A DNA stretch of 64,000 nt, from the NCBI GenBank assembly GCA_002070185.1, contig MWCT01000007.1:735-64734 (forward strand), given 5' to 3'. The stretch is from a candidate division BRC1 bacterium ADurb.Bin183. Lineage in GTDB: Bacteria; Sumerlaeota; Sumerlaeia; MWCT01. The notes beneath the pieces are model-generated. The model was not told the DNA's origin. It made no database searches and saw nothing but the letters and a program-made list of their open reading frames with translations. Shown here piece after piece: positions 10,186-19,115 of the stretch; positions within the stretch are counted from its first letter, which is position 1, and every line of letters begins with the position of its first letter. The translations under genes were made by a program, and so were the position numbers.

Positions 10186-10395
10186 TCAAAACGCCTTTAG
10201 GCGCGTCTTCATGGATTGGGCGATGCCCATCTTTTTTGCCCAATCCATTCGATAAAGCGGGCAGTTTTTCAAATTATATCTGCTCAATTGCAGCTGCAAT
10301 TCAATCTCCTTATGGCTGCAATATACTTCTCCCGGACTATTTGGCGATTGATTGAAGTAAACACAATCGTTGAAATGACACTCGACCTTGATCAA
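10186..10395 (-). CDS. Small Cys-rich protein, DUF1540-like
   Basis: 69 aa. IKVECHFNDCVYFNQ...GEVYCSHKEI pattern resembles DUF1540 (I.V.C.V.NC.Y...C...I). It has its own terminator. Confidence 0.45.
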   Translation of the reverse strand: MIKVECHFNDCVYFNQSPNSPGEVYCSHKEIELQLQLSRYNLKNCPLYRMDWAKKMGIAQSMKTRLKAF

Positions 10396-10487
10396 CTTCC
10401 ACCTCCATCAAAAGCATATAAAAGAATAAACAAAAAACCATTATATATATATACCAAACCCCGAAATTTGTCATGCGATTGTTTATA

Positions 10488-10534
10488 TAAAAAAACACCC
10501 CGTTGCGACACAATCGGGCTGTTTTGGGTGTCTT
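10488..10534 (-). terminator. Possible terminator downstream of the pda-ridA unit
   Basis: Minus-strand reading gives GACACCC-loop-GGGGTGT followed by TTTTTTT. The stem is imperfect. Confidence 0.3.
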
Positions 10535-10624
10535 CACGGGTCTGTATAGTTAACATTTTCCTTGCGATTCATCAGCGCCCGAAGCGCTCGAGACATCTGA
10601 ATTTAGTCAGAGTAATAAACAAAA

Positions 10625-11074
10625 TTAAAACGCACTTCCGGCTTTTTCGCGCGGCGGAGGATAGATGATGGCGTCCATCTGGATGCGGGCATTCATCGGC
10701 AGACGCGCAACGCCGACGATTGTCCGTGCGGGCGGTTGATATGAAAAATATTGCTTATAGACTTTCTCCATTCCCGGCAGGTCTTCCATCGCCACAATAT
10801 AAATGGTCATCTTGACAATATTGGAGAGGGCGCCGCTCAGGAAATCGCAAATTTTTTGAAGGCTCTGTATGCAAGCCTCTGTCTGGGCTCCTATCTCGTT
10901 TTCCACCAGTTTGTTGGTTCGCGGGTCTATGGGAAGCTGTCCGGAGATAAAAACCACATCGCCATATTTGACCGCCTGCGAAGCCTGCCCCAAAGCGGGC
11001 GTGGCGCCTTCAATCACCAGAGGCGTCCTCTGGGGAGCGCGTAAGCCGCCGCCGGATTGTGCGGAAATATTCAT
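10625..11074 (-). CDS. ridA: RidA/YjgF family reactive-intermediate deaminase
   Basis: ..GQASQAVKYGDVVFISGQLPIDP...EACIQSLQKI...IVKMTIYI..RTIVGVARLP..IQMDAI.. matches the RidA/L-PSP fold. Overlaps the pda stop by 4 nt. Confidence 0.8.
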   Translation of the reverse strand: MNISAQSGGGLRAPQRTPLVIEGATPALGQASQAVKYGDVVFISGQLPIDPRTNKLVENEIGAQTEACIQSLQKICDFLSGALSNIVKMTIYIVAMEDLPGMEKVYKQYFSYQPPARTIVGVARLPMNARIQMDAIIYPPPREKAGSAF

Positions 11075-11934
11075 TTTGTCTTCTCCTTTTGAGATTTGAC
11101 ATTGCTTTTATTCTTTGAATTTGTGGGTTGTTTTGCGGTCTGTTCTTTTTTTTGCTCATTCAAATGTTTTTTTGCCCTAACCTGCGCGGCAATGTCCGAA
11201 CAGGTGACAAATCGCAGCCCTTTGGCGCGGATGGGGTCTATGATTGCTTTTAGGGCGTCCACCTGTTTTTGGCTTTTGTCATGCATCAGGATAATCGAGC
11301 CGGGCTTTATGTCTTTAAGAACCTTCTCAACCATGTTCTCAGCTGTCACCGTTTTTCTCCAATCATCCGTATCCAACGACCAGAAAAACATGTCTAAACG
11401 CATCTGGTATGCGACCTTTGCCACAGTTGCGCTGGCGACGCCGTAAGGAGCCCGCATAACTTTTGGCTCAACTCCGCATGCGTTTTTAATCTCATCTTGT
11501 GTTTTGGTTATCTGCTCTTTGACCTTTTCCTCGCCGAGTTTGCCCATGTTGGAATGATCGTAGGAGTGATTGCCTACCTCGCAGCCTGCCTCGATGATTT
11601 CCTTCACTATTTCAGGATTCTGCCGCACATTATCTCCGAGCAGGAAAAAGGTTGCCGGAACTTTTTTCTCTTTTAGAACCTGGAGGATGGAGCGTGTCCA
11701 TTGAAGATTAGGTCCGTCATCAAACGTCAGCGCCACAGAATCCCCGTCTGAAACGCCATTGTAAAAATAACGCTCTTTTCGCGCGGGGAATTCAAAACTG
11801 GGGTCTTTCTCTTCAAAGGCAGCCTGACGCAGCGTTTCAGTGGTCACAACCGTTTTTTTTGCAACCGTTTCTGCCTGTACCATCATAGCAAATGCCGCGA
11901 AAACTATAAGCAACAGGAACAACTTTTGAGCCAT
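11071..11934 (-). CDS. Secreted polysaccharide deacetylase (NodB homology domain) with Lys-rich C-terminal tail
   Basis: Signal peptide. ALTFDDGP...FFLLG...HSYDHSNM NodB motifs. Confidence 0.8.
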   Translation of the reverse strand: MAQKLFLLLIVFAAFAMMVQAETVAKKTVVTTETLRQAAFEEKDPSFEFPARKERYFYNGVSDGDSVALTFDDGPNLQWTRSILQVLKEKKVPATFFLLGDNVRQNPEIVKEIIEAGCEVGNHSYDHSNMGKLGEEKVKEQITKTQDEIKNACGVEPKVMRAPYGVASATVAKVAYQMRLDMFFWSLDTDDWRKTVTAENMVEKVLKDIKPGSIILMHDKSQKQVDALKAIIDPIRAKGLRFVTCSDIAAQVRAKKHLNEQKKEQTAKQPTNSKNKSNVKSQKEKTK

Positions 11935-12003
11935 CTCTCAACCTCCCTGTAAGAGCAATCAACAGCAACAAGAGCCGGCAATCTTTTATCTGGAAATGCG
12001 CCA

Positions 12004-12399
12004 TTAATTATCGGCGCTTTGCTCCGCCGGTTGCTGGGGAACGGCGGGTTCAGCCTTTTTTCTTTCCATAATGCGGGCTTTTTTGCCGCGCAGCTCGCGC
12101 TGATAGTAGAGTTTGGCGCGGCGCACTTTGCCCTCGCGCACTATTGTGATAGTTTCGACACGGGGCGAATGCAGCGGAAATACGCGCTCCATGCCCACGC
12201 CATAAGAAACTCGGCGCACAGTGAAGGTCTCGCGCATGCCCGAGCCGCAACGGCGTATGCAAACGCCCTCAAAATTCTGGATGCGCTCTTTATCCCCTTC
12301 TTTAATCCGCACGGCAACGCGGATGGTGTCGCCCGGACGAAAGTTGGGGAGATTGGACTTCAATTGCGCAGCCTCGAACTCTTTAATCTTCGGATTCAT
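12004..12399 (-). CDS. rplS: 50S ribosomal protein L19 (with basic C-terminal extension)
   Basis: [50 protein letters not shown] is classical L19. The likely start is the internal Met at 12399. Confidence 0.9.
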   Translation of the reverse strand: MNPKIKEFEAAQLKSNLPNFRPGDTIRVAVRIKEGDKERIQNFEGVCIRRCGSGMRETFTVRRVSYGVGMERVFPLHSPRVETITIVREGKVRRAKLYYQRELRGKKARIMERKKAEPAVPQQPAEQSADN

Positions 12400-12472
12400 C
12401 AAACATTCCTCCCTATTCAATCTTTAAAATTTATCAACGTTCATTAGTCATCGTGAAAAAAATCAAACAGTC

Positions 12473-13030
12473 TCATCTTCCAATCAGACGGTCGAGGATG
12501 ATTGCCGCCGCCGACCGCACTGATAAATGATTATATCCCCCCGCGCCTTTGATGGGTTCCAACATTAAGTCAAAATCCATGATGAGCGAGGGATGCAATC
12601 CCCAGCCTGTCCCAAAAACCAGACAAAAGTGCTCCGTTCCGTTTTGTATTCGCCGCCGCAGATTCTCAAAAGTGACGGTGTTCGGATACGTTTTGGCTGA
12701 TGTGCCGACAAAGATGGGCGGCTTTCCTCCCGAGCGTTCCATCACATCATCTACCACTTCCGAAAGGTCGTCTATGACAAGGGCGAGTTCCAGCGCCGTT
12801 CCCCGCGAGGGGTTGTATTCCGAACCGAATCCCTCGCGCCAGTGGCGGATAATCCGCTCGGCAAACTTTTTTTGCGAAGGCATTGGGTTCTGGATGTAAT
12901 AACGCTCCACCCCATAGGTGCGGGCGCTCCGCGCAATATCGTGAATGTCAAAGTTGGTGATGCTGGTGGCGGAGATGTCGCCCTTTTTATCTCTTATGGG
13001 ATAATGCACCAAAGCGATATTTAATGGCAT
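12473..13030 (-). CDS. SPOUT-superfamily RNA methyltransferase-like protein (TM1570/COG4752-like)
   Basis: 185 aa. C-terminal ..HFCLVFGTGWGLHPS.. resembles the SPOUT SAM-binding knot. It sits between trmD and rplS, as TM1570-like genes do. Confidence 0.5.
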   Translation of the reverse strand: MPLNIALVHYPIRDKKGDISATSITNFDIHDIARSARTYGVERYYIQNPMPSQKKFAERIIRHWREGFGSEYNPSRGTALELALVIDDLSEVVDDVMERSGGKPPIFVGTSAKTYPNTVTFENLRRRIQNGTEHFCLVFGTGWGLHPSLIMDFDLMLEPIKGAGGYNHLSVRSAAAIILDRLIGR

Positions 13031-13036
13031 GGTTTG

Positions 13037-13771
13037 CTATCCCAGTTTCCTCAGTTCATTCAATATCCGATGGTCTTCTTCAGAAAGCGGCGCATGCTCC
13101 AGAAGGTCGGGGCGCACCCGCAACGTTCTTGCCAGCGCCTCGCGCCTTCGCCATTCTTCGATCTTTTTATGATGACCTGAAAGGAGCGTTTCCGGAACGC
13201 GGTCTCCTTCGAACTCCTCAGGTCTGGTGTAATGCGGATAATCAAGGATGCCCTCGTAAAAAGAGTCGTTGCGAAAGGAGTCTTCATTGCCCAGCACGCC
13301 CGGAACCATCCGCGCCACGGCATCCAACACAATCAGCGCCGGCGCTTCGCCTCCCGTGAGGACGTAATCACCGATGGATATTTCTTCGTCCACATGGCGC
13401 ATCCGCACTCGCTCGTCAATGCCCTCGTAATGTCCGCATAGAAGAACAATTCGCTCCAGTTGCGCCAGTTCGCGGGCGCGTTGCTGGGTGAACGGCTTTC
13501 CCTGCGGCGTCAGAAAAATCACGCGGGGCTGGGGAGATTCTTCTTTCAAAGAGCATATCGCTTTGGCAATCGGCTCCGGTTTCATAACCATGCCGGCGCC
13601 GCCGCCATAAGGATAATCATCCGCCACATGATGCTTGTCTGCGGTGAAATCGCGGATGTTGATGATTCTGATGTCTATCAGGCGTTTTTCGCAGGCTCGG
13701 TTGAGGATGCTTTCGCTCAGCGGTCCTTTGAAAAAGTCCGGAAACAGCGTCAGAATCTCAAAACGAATCAT
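13037..13771 (-). CDS. trmD: tRNA (guanine37-N1)-methyltransferase
   Basis: MIRFEILTLFPDFF...DYPYGGGAGMVMKPEP... canonical TrmD motifs. Confidence 0.9.
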   Translation of the reverse strand: MIRFEILTLFPDFFKGPLSESILNRACEKRLIDIRIINIRDFTADKHHVADDYPYGGGAGMVMKPEPIAKAICSLKEESPQPRVIFLTPQGKPFTQQRARELAQLERIVLLCGHYEGIDERVRMRHVDEEISIGDYVLTGGEAPALIVLDAVARMVPGVLGNEDSFRNDSFYEGILDYPHYTRPEEFEGDRVPETLLSGHHKKIEEWRRREALARTLRVRPDLLEHAPLSEEDHRILNELRKLG

Positions 13772-13784
13772 AAATCTGTTCCTG

Positions 13785-14339
13785 TCACAGCTGATCCAAT
13801 CCCTCCGGCAGCAAAAGATGGATTTGCCTTTTTTTCAAATCCACGCCGCGGATAAATGCCGAAACAAAAGGAGCCATATACACAGAACCATCCGGTTTTT
13901 GTATTTCCATCAGAAGATTTCCCGCAATGGTTTTCATGTCGAAAATGCTTCCCAGCTCGCCGCCAGTTTCCGCATCCAGCGCCTTGAGTCCGATCAGCTG
14001 ATCCAGATAGTATTCCCCTTCGGCAAGCGGCGGTCGTAGATTGTGGGCAATCTGGAATTGCGCGCCCCGCAGCCGCTGCGCCGCGTTCATATCGTCCACC
14101 CCTTTGATTTTGACGATGACAAAGCCCTTGTGGAGCCATACATCCTCAACCTCAATCGGTTTCGGTTCCGAATTATCCGGCAGCGCCAGATAGGCGCCCT
14201 GCTCAAGGAACTTGTAAAAGTCCTCGGGCGTGTCCGTGTCAAAAGCGACCCGAACCTCTCCCTTGTTTCCCTGAGTTCGGACAATGCGTCCGAAGGAGAT
14301 GAAATCATCTTCCACAGTATTTGCGTCCGCTATTGTCAT
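13785..14339 (-). CDS. rimM: 16S rRNA processing protein RimM
   Basis: ..FGRIVRTQGNKGEVRV...YYLDQLIGLKA.. RimM N-terminal and PRC barrel motifs. Conserved operon position. Confidence 0.85.
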   Translation of the reverse strand: MTIADANTVEDDFISFGRIVRTQGNKGEVRVAFDTDTPEDFYKFLEQGAYLALPDNSEPKPIEVEDVWLHKGFVIVKIKGVDDMNAAQRLRGAQFQIAHNLRPPLAEGEYYLDQLIGLKALDAETGGELGSIFDMKTIAGNLLMEIQKPDGSVYMAPFVSAFIRGVDLKKRQIHLLLPEGLDQL

Positions 14340-14353
14340 TATCAGAGAGCGGT

Positions 14354-14587
14354 CTATTCTTCCAGAATCTGGAGAAGGGATTTCTTTTTGAGCTTTGTGG
14401 CGGCGGCAGAGAGGATTTTGCGAATCGCCTTTGCCGTCTGTCCGCCCTTGCCGATGACCTTGCCCACGTCGTCTTTGGCAACTTTCAACTCGACAATGAC
14501 ACTGTTTGCCCCTTCAATAGATCTTACGCGCACTTCTTCGGGATGATCCACCAGCGCTTCTGCTATAAACTTCACCAGTTCTTCCAT
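14354..14587 (-). CDS. KH-domain RNA-binding protein (UPF0109/YlqC-like)
   Basis: 77 aa with ..VGKVIGKGGQTAKAIRKIL.. KH GXXG motif. Lies between rpsP and rimM. Confidence 0.8.
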   Translation of the reverse strand: MEELVKFIAEALVDHPEEVRVRSIEGANSVIVELKVAKDDVGKVIGKGGQTAKAIRKILSAAATKLKKKSLLQILEE

Positions 14588-14760
14588 CTGTCATTTCCTC
14601 CTTGATCTGGTCTTCCGTCCATTGTGCTGCTTCCATTCTTGTGGAATTTCAGATAACAACATGCAATTTGAAAACCATGGTTCGACAATTTATCAAAATG
14701 ATGGCGCTGCGTTTTAGCCAATCTTTATGTCAAAACCCGGACTCCCTTGCGATAACCCGC

Positions 14761-15084
14761 TTAAGAGACCGATTGGGCGCCGGAAGTCGGCTCTTGCGTT
14801 TTCACATACAGCTTTTTGCGGCTTTCATGGAACTTTTTCATGATTCCCAGTTTGGAGAAAATCGAGCGGACAGTCTCCGAGGGACGCGCCCCTTTCCACA
14901 TCCAGTCAAGGGCTTTCTCTTCATTAATCTTGATGGCTGCATCTTCTTTTTTGTTCAAAGGATGATAATATCCGAGAATTTCCAAGAAACGCCCATCGCG
15001 CTGAGGGCGCGAGTCTGCCACTACCACGCGGTAATAGGCGCCGCGTTTGTGTCCCATTCTCGTCAGGCGGATTTTAACCGACAT
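14761..15084 (-). CDS. rpsP: 30S ribosomal protein S16 (C-terminally extended)
   Basis: [42 protein letters not shown] is classical S16. Confidence 0.9.
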   Translation of the reverse strand: MSVKIRLTRMGHKRGAYYRVVVADSRPQRDGRFLEILGYYHPLNKKEDAAIKINEEKALDWMWKGARPSETVRSIFSKLGIMKKFHESRKKLYVKTQEPTSGAQSVS

Positions 15085-15162
15085 TCAATCACCTCCCTTC
15101 CATTGCAATTTATTATTTTTTTATTGCCTTCCACAAACGTCCACAATCTATCACTCATTGAT

Positions 15163-16572
15163 TCATTTTCTTTTTTTCTTCTTCTTTTTTAACTGCTGCT
15201 TTTTTTGCTGCTTTTCAAATTTATGATCCGCTTTGGCTTCCTCTTTGCGCTTTTTGCTGAACGGGTTCAACTTGCCCATCAACCCCGTTGCCCCCATCAT
15301 CCGCTGCATCATCTTCTTTGCCTCTTCAAATTGGCGGATAAGCGCATTAACATCCTGCAAGGTTGCGCCGCTGCCTTTGGCGATTCGTTGGCGGCGGCTG
15401 CCGGTCAAGATTTCCGGATGTTCCCGCTCTTCCGGCGTCATGGAGAGAATAACCGCCTCCACCCGCCCCAGTTCGGCTTCGTCAAAGTCCACATCCTTGA
15501 GCTGGCGTCCAACGCCCGGAATCATGGACATGATATCTTTTAGGGGACCCATCTTTTTCACCTGCTTCATCTGATCCAGAAAATCTTGGAAGGTGAAAGA
15601 TTGGCGCATGAGTTTTTTTTGCATCTCCTGCGCCTGTTTGGCGTCAAAGGTTTCTTGAGCCTTTTCAACAAGGGTAACCACATCCCCCATGCCCAGAATG
15701 CGGGAAGCCATCCTATCTGGATAGAACATCTCCAAATCGGTCAGTTTTTCCCCGATGCTGGAAAAGACAATCGGTTTGCCCGTGACGGCGCGTATGGAGA
15801 GGGCGGCGCCGCCGCGCGCGTCGCCATCGAGTTTGGTCAGACAAACGGCGTCAATGCCGACCTGCGAATCGAATGCTGACGCGCTTTTTACGGCATCCTG
15901 TCCGGTCATAGCATCCGCAACAAGAAAGGCATACTCCGGTTTCAAAAAGGCTTTTAAGCCGATTAACTCATCCATAAGGACTTCATTGATATGAAGGCGT
16001 CCCGCCGTGTCCACAATCATGATGTTGCAGCCCTCATGAAGGGCAAAGTCTATCGCCTCGCGGGCAATATCCAGCGGTTTGATTTGACCCTTTTCAAAGA
16101 CCGGAACGCCTGCCTGTTCCCCGACCACCTTCAACTGATTGATGGCGGCGGGGCGATACACATCGCAAGCGACAAGGAGCGGTTTCCACCCTTTTTTGAG
16201 GCAATATTTAGCCAACTTGCCCGCAAATGTCGTCTTGCCCGAACCTTGCAAACCCAGCAGCATCACCTTGTTTATCTTGCTCTGGTGGAGCTCGAATTCC
16301 TTAGGCTTGCCGCCCATCACATCTACAAGAGCGTCATAGACAAATTTGATAATCTGCTGCCCCGGCGAAATGCTGGTCAGAACCTCCTGCCCGACGGCTT
16401 TTTCTGTCACTTTCTGGATGAAGTCCTTGACGACCTTAAAATTGACATCGGCTTCCAGCAGGGCGAGTTTGACCTCGTGCATGGCGTCTCGGATGTTCTT
16501 TTCCGAGATGGTGGATTCGCCCTTCAGCTTTTTGAAGATGCGTTCAAATTTTTCGCCAAGATTATCGAACAT
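15163..16572 (-). CDS. ffh: Signal recognition particle protein Ffh with poly-Lys C-terminal tail
   Basis: MFDNLGEKFERIFKKLKG start. GLQGSGKTT P-loop, DTAGR and M-domain. Tail ..KKQQLKKKKKKRK. Start chosen at the internal Met. Confidence 0.9.
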   Translation of the reverse strand: MFDNLGEKFERIFKKLKGESTISEKNIRDAMHEVKLALLEADVNFKVVKDFIQKVTEKAVGQEVLTSISPGQQIIKFVYDALVDVMGGKPKEFELHQSKINKVMLLGLQGSGKTTFAGKLAKYCLKKGWKPLLVACDVYRPAAINQLKVVGEQAGVPVFEKGQIKPLDIAREAIDFALHEGCNIMIVDTAGRLHINEVLMDELIGLKAFLKPEYAFLVADAMTGQDAVKSASAFDSQVGIDAVCLTKLDGDARGGAALSIRAVTGKPIVFSSIGEKLTDLEMFYPDRMASRILGMGDVVTLVEKAQETFDAKQAQEMQKKLMRQSFTFQDFLDQMKQVKKMGPLKDIMSMIPGVGRQLKDVDFDEAELGRVEAVILSMTPEEREHPEILTGSRRQRIAKGSGATLQDVNALIRQFEEAKKMMQRMMGATGLMGKLNPFSKKRKEEAKADHKFEKQQKKQQLKKKKKKRK

Positions 16573-16576
16573 AAGT

Positions 16577-17071
16577 TTATTCCGAATTTCGTCCCGTTTC
16601 TTCCGCCGAGATACCTGAGAGTTTCTCAATCTGGCTGATAACACGCGCCAGATCGCTCATCAGCCAGTCCACATTATAAATAATTCTTTGCTTTTGCACC
16701 TTGCGGCGGATTGCCTGCAGCTCATTCACAATCGGACTAACATCAACATCTGGAACGGTTTTCTGCGGCAATGGATGCGCCGCCTTAGCCGCATCTTCCG
16801 CCGACGCAATCTCATCTTCAGCGGGTTTCATTTCCAGAAGACGAAGCGTCTTCTCGAATTTATCAAGGTTCCCAAGGGCATGTTTTACAGCATCATAGAT
16901 AGCCTGCCGAGAAACCTTGAACTGCGCGGCAATCTCCCCGAATGACAAGTCCTCGCCGTAATGCAATTCCACAAAACGCCTTTGTTTTTCCGTCAGGAGA
17001 TTCCCATAAATATCCATCAGGCTATTGATGCGATCCACCCGGCGGAAAGCGCTATCGGATGTTGGAGCCAT
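16577..17071 (-). CDS. ylxM: YlxM/p13-like HTH protein (UPF0122) upstream of ffh
   Basis: ..LLTEKQRRFVELHYGEDLSFGEIAAQFKVSRQAIYDAVK.. matches the YlxM family. Conserved position 5' of ffh. Start uncertain. Confidence 0.7.
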   Translation of the reverse strand: MAPTSDSAFRRVDRINSLMDIYGNLLTEKQRRFVELHYGEDLSFGEIAAQFKVSRQAIYDAVKHALGNLDKFEKTLRLLEMKPAEDEIASAEDAAKAAHPLPQKTVPDVDVSPIVNELQAIRRKVQKQRIIYNVDWLMSDLARVISQIEKLSGISAEETGRNSE

Positions 17072-17151
17072 AAAAACCTCAAAAAGTGTGTCATACTATT
17101 TGTCTTTACACACAAGCAGACGCACTTCATAGAAAACGCCCCGTTCCTGTG

Positions 17152-18486
17152 TCAAGGGGAGATTTTTTTATTTATGTTCTTTTTTTTACCTTTGAGATTT
17201 GATTGAACATTAAAACCAACCTGCACATCTCCATCGCAATTATTTACGATTCGCGGCTTTTCCGCAAAGCGGTTGCTTGTGATAACAGCGGAGGCGGTTC
17301 CTTCATTCAGCCGGACATGCTCGCCGCCGCGTTGAAAGTTGCAGGCATTGATAATCAGATTTCCGCCCGAACATTCAATGGCAGGCAGCCTCTTTTTTTC
17401 ATAACCCCAAAATTGAAAATTACAGGCGTTGAATGTAACCGCGCCCTTCCCTTTGATATTGGCAATCTGTGGCGGGTCGCCCCAAAAGGCGCAGTTCTGA
17501 AACTGGATGACGCCTGTGTTCGATGAAGACACATCCACGCTCACAGGATGCGCGCCGGGGAAGCTGACAAATTCGCCGTTGGTTATCAGCAAGCCATAAG
17601 GAGCGCAATCATCCACCGCCACAGCATTCTGAGTTGCGTCCGCTCCAATCCCAAGAAAATTGCCATTTGCCACGCCGTTTTTCGTTCTCGTGAAACGATA
17701 CCCGATTTTATATCCCCAGCAAAAAGTGTTGTAAACATATTCCCAATCTGTCCTGCCAAAAATAAACGCCTCCCCATTTTGAATCACCCAGTCCTGCAAG
17801 GATTCCATCTGGGGGTTGTTGCATGTGAGAAAGGGCCAAAAGTGGACGTTTTCAATGCGCCCAACATCGTAGCATTGATCCACAAAAAGCCCCCTGTAAA
17901 GCGGCTGGGCATAAAGATTGCGGATATAATGGCGTCCGGTTTCTTTGCTGCCAAAATCCACAGCTTGATATGGGTTAACGATAAGCACATCAATGATGGA
18001 GCAATTATCTCCTCCGCCGGAGGCAATCGTCCATGGGTATGGTTTGGGCGCCCCGGATGTGACCTGATTGGGATAAAAAATCGCCAAACCATTAACTACG
18101 GAGTTATTCCATAAGGTTATAAATGGATTGCCCTCCGCATTGCCCTCGCCTTCAACAACAAGCAGGGTCGTTCCCTTATACTGGCTCCAAGCCGTCGGAA
18201 TTTCCCAAATCCCCTCAAGGGCAACATTGATTGGAATATTTAGATGCCTCTTAATCAGATATATGCCGCGAGGAACGCTTACCTTCCCGCCGATGGAATC
18301 CTTTCCTGCCGCCGTATCAAGAGCCTTTTGAAAGGCATCCGTGTCATCCGTTTTGCCGTCCCCCTTTGCGCCGAAATCAAGGACGCTGTAAACGCTCTTG
18401 TGGGTGTCGTCTTCCGGCGCGGCGGGCATTAAAGTTTGAATCGCCGTCAGAAAAATAATCACAATCAAACAGACAAAATTTTTCAT
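17152..18486 (-). CDS. Secreted pectate-lyase-superfamily (right-handed beta-helix) protein
   Basis: Signal peptide. VLDFGAKGDGKTDDTDAFQKAL motif characteristic of the Pectate_lyase_3/GH28-like family. Start at the internal Met (MKNFVCLIV). Confidence 0.75.
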   Translation of the reverse strand: MKNFVCLIVIIFLTAIQTLMPAAPEDDTHKSVYSVLDFGAKGDGKTDDTDAFQKALDTAAGKDSIGGKVSVPRGIYLIKRHLNIPINVALEGIWEIPTAWSQYKGTTLLVVEGEGNAEGNPFITLWNNSVVNGLAIFYPNQVTSGAPKPYPWTIASGGGDNCSIIDVLIVNPYQAVDFGSKETGRHYIRNLYAQPLYRGLFVDQCYDVGRIENVHFWPFLTCNNPQMESLQDWVIQNGEAFIFGRTDWEYVYNTFCWGYKIGYRFTRTKNGVANGNFLGIGADATQNAVAVDDCAPYGLLITNGEFVSFPGAHPVSVDVSSSNTGVIQFQNCAFWGDPPQIANIKGKGAVTFNACNFQFWGYEKKRLPAIECSGGNLIINACNFQRGGEHVRLNEGTASAVITSNRFAEKPRIVNNCDGDVQVGFNVQSNLKGKKKNINKKISP

Positions 18487-18744
18487 CAGTCCCTCCCAAA
18501 CAAAAAATTGTCTCAAAATTGCGCCAATCTTTATATCTAAAATCACTCCGCCCATTCAAGATTAATCCGCTTATTTTTGAATAATTCATGCAGCTGCTTT
18601 CGCAGCGTGCGGTATTCTCTCCGTTTGCTGTGCGCTGGGTGAAGACAGATGTGTTTTTTGTTTCCATCAATCCAGCGCCTTGAACGGCGAGCTATGCTCC
18701 GAAATTTTTATGCCGTCGCCCGAATAAAACACTAAAAATTATTG

Positions 18745-18774
18745 TTGACACGGGTGAGGAACGGCTTGTATGAA
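18745..18774 (+). promoter_or_regulatory. Putative sigma-70 promoter for tRNA-fMet
   Basis: TTGACA at 18745-50 and TATGAA about 18 nt downstream, roughly 45 nt before the tRNA 5' end. Confidence 0.3.
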
Positions 18775-18821
18775 AAATCGTTTAATTAGTTGTGATTGAA
18801 TGTTCCTTGAGAGAAAAATGC

Positions 18822-18897
<76 letters not shown>

Positions 18898-18978
18898 AAT
18901 CAAAACAATTGAGGCGATGGGAATCATTTCTGATCCATCGCCTCATTTCAAGTCTGCGCTCGCCTTAATCGGTCTTGT

Positions 18979-19055
18979 GGCGGTGTAGCTCAGTTGGTTA
19001 GAGCATGCGGCTCATATCCGCAGTGTCGAGGGTTCGAGTCCCCCCACCGCTACCA
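18979..19055 (+). tRNA. tRNA with CAU anticodon (elongator Met, or Ile2 if lysidinylated)
   Basis: Cloverleaf GGCGGTG...TGCGG-CTCATAT-CCGCA...GAGGGTTCGAGTCCCCC...ACCA. Anticodon stem is not initiator-type. Confidence 0.8.
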
Positions 19056-19115
19056 TTTTCTTCCCATCCAGATTCGAAGCAAACAACCAAAGCACGGATG
19101 CCCTTTTGCCGTCTA

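Noticed and set aside
10216-10668. 150-aa plus-strand ORF spanning the DUF1540 gene antisense and intergenic terminators
   Set aside because: Crosses two predicted terminators and is antisense to a supported small gene. Low-complexity.
17100-17175. Possible bidirectional terminator at the ylxM upstream / pectate-lyase end
   Set aside because: Only a 4-bp CCCC/GGGG stem with a 13-nt loop. Too weak to call.
17548-18114. 188-aa ORF antisense to the pectate-lyase-like gene
   Set aside because: Nested antisense ORF without RBS or recognisable domain.
18979-19055. Assigning the second CAU tRNA specifically as tRNA-Ile2
   Set aside because: Lysidine-tRNA-Ile2 cannot be distinguished from elongator tRNA-Met by sequence inspection alone here. 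Left as a CAU tRNA.
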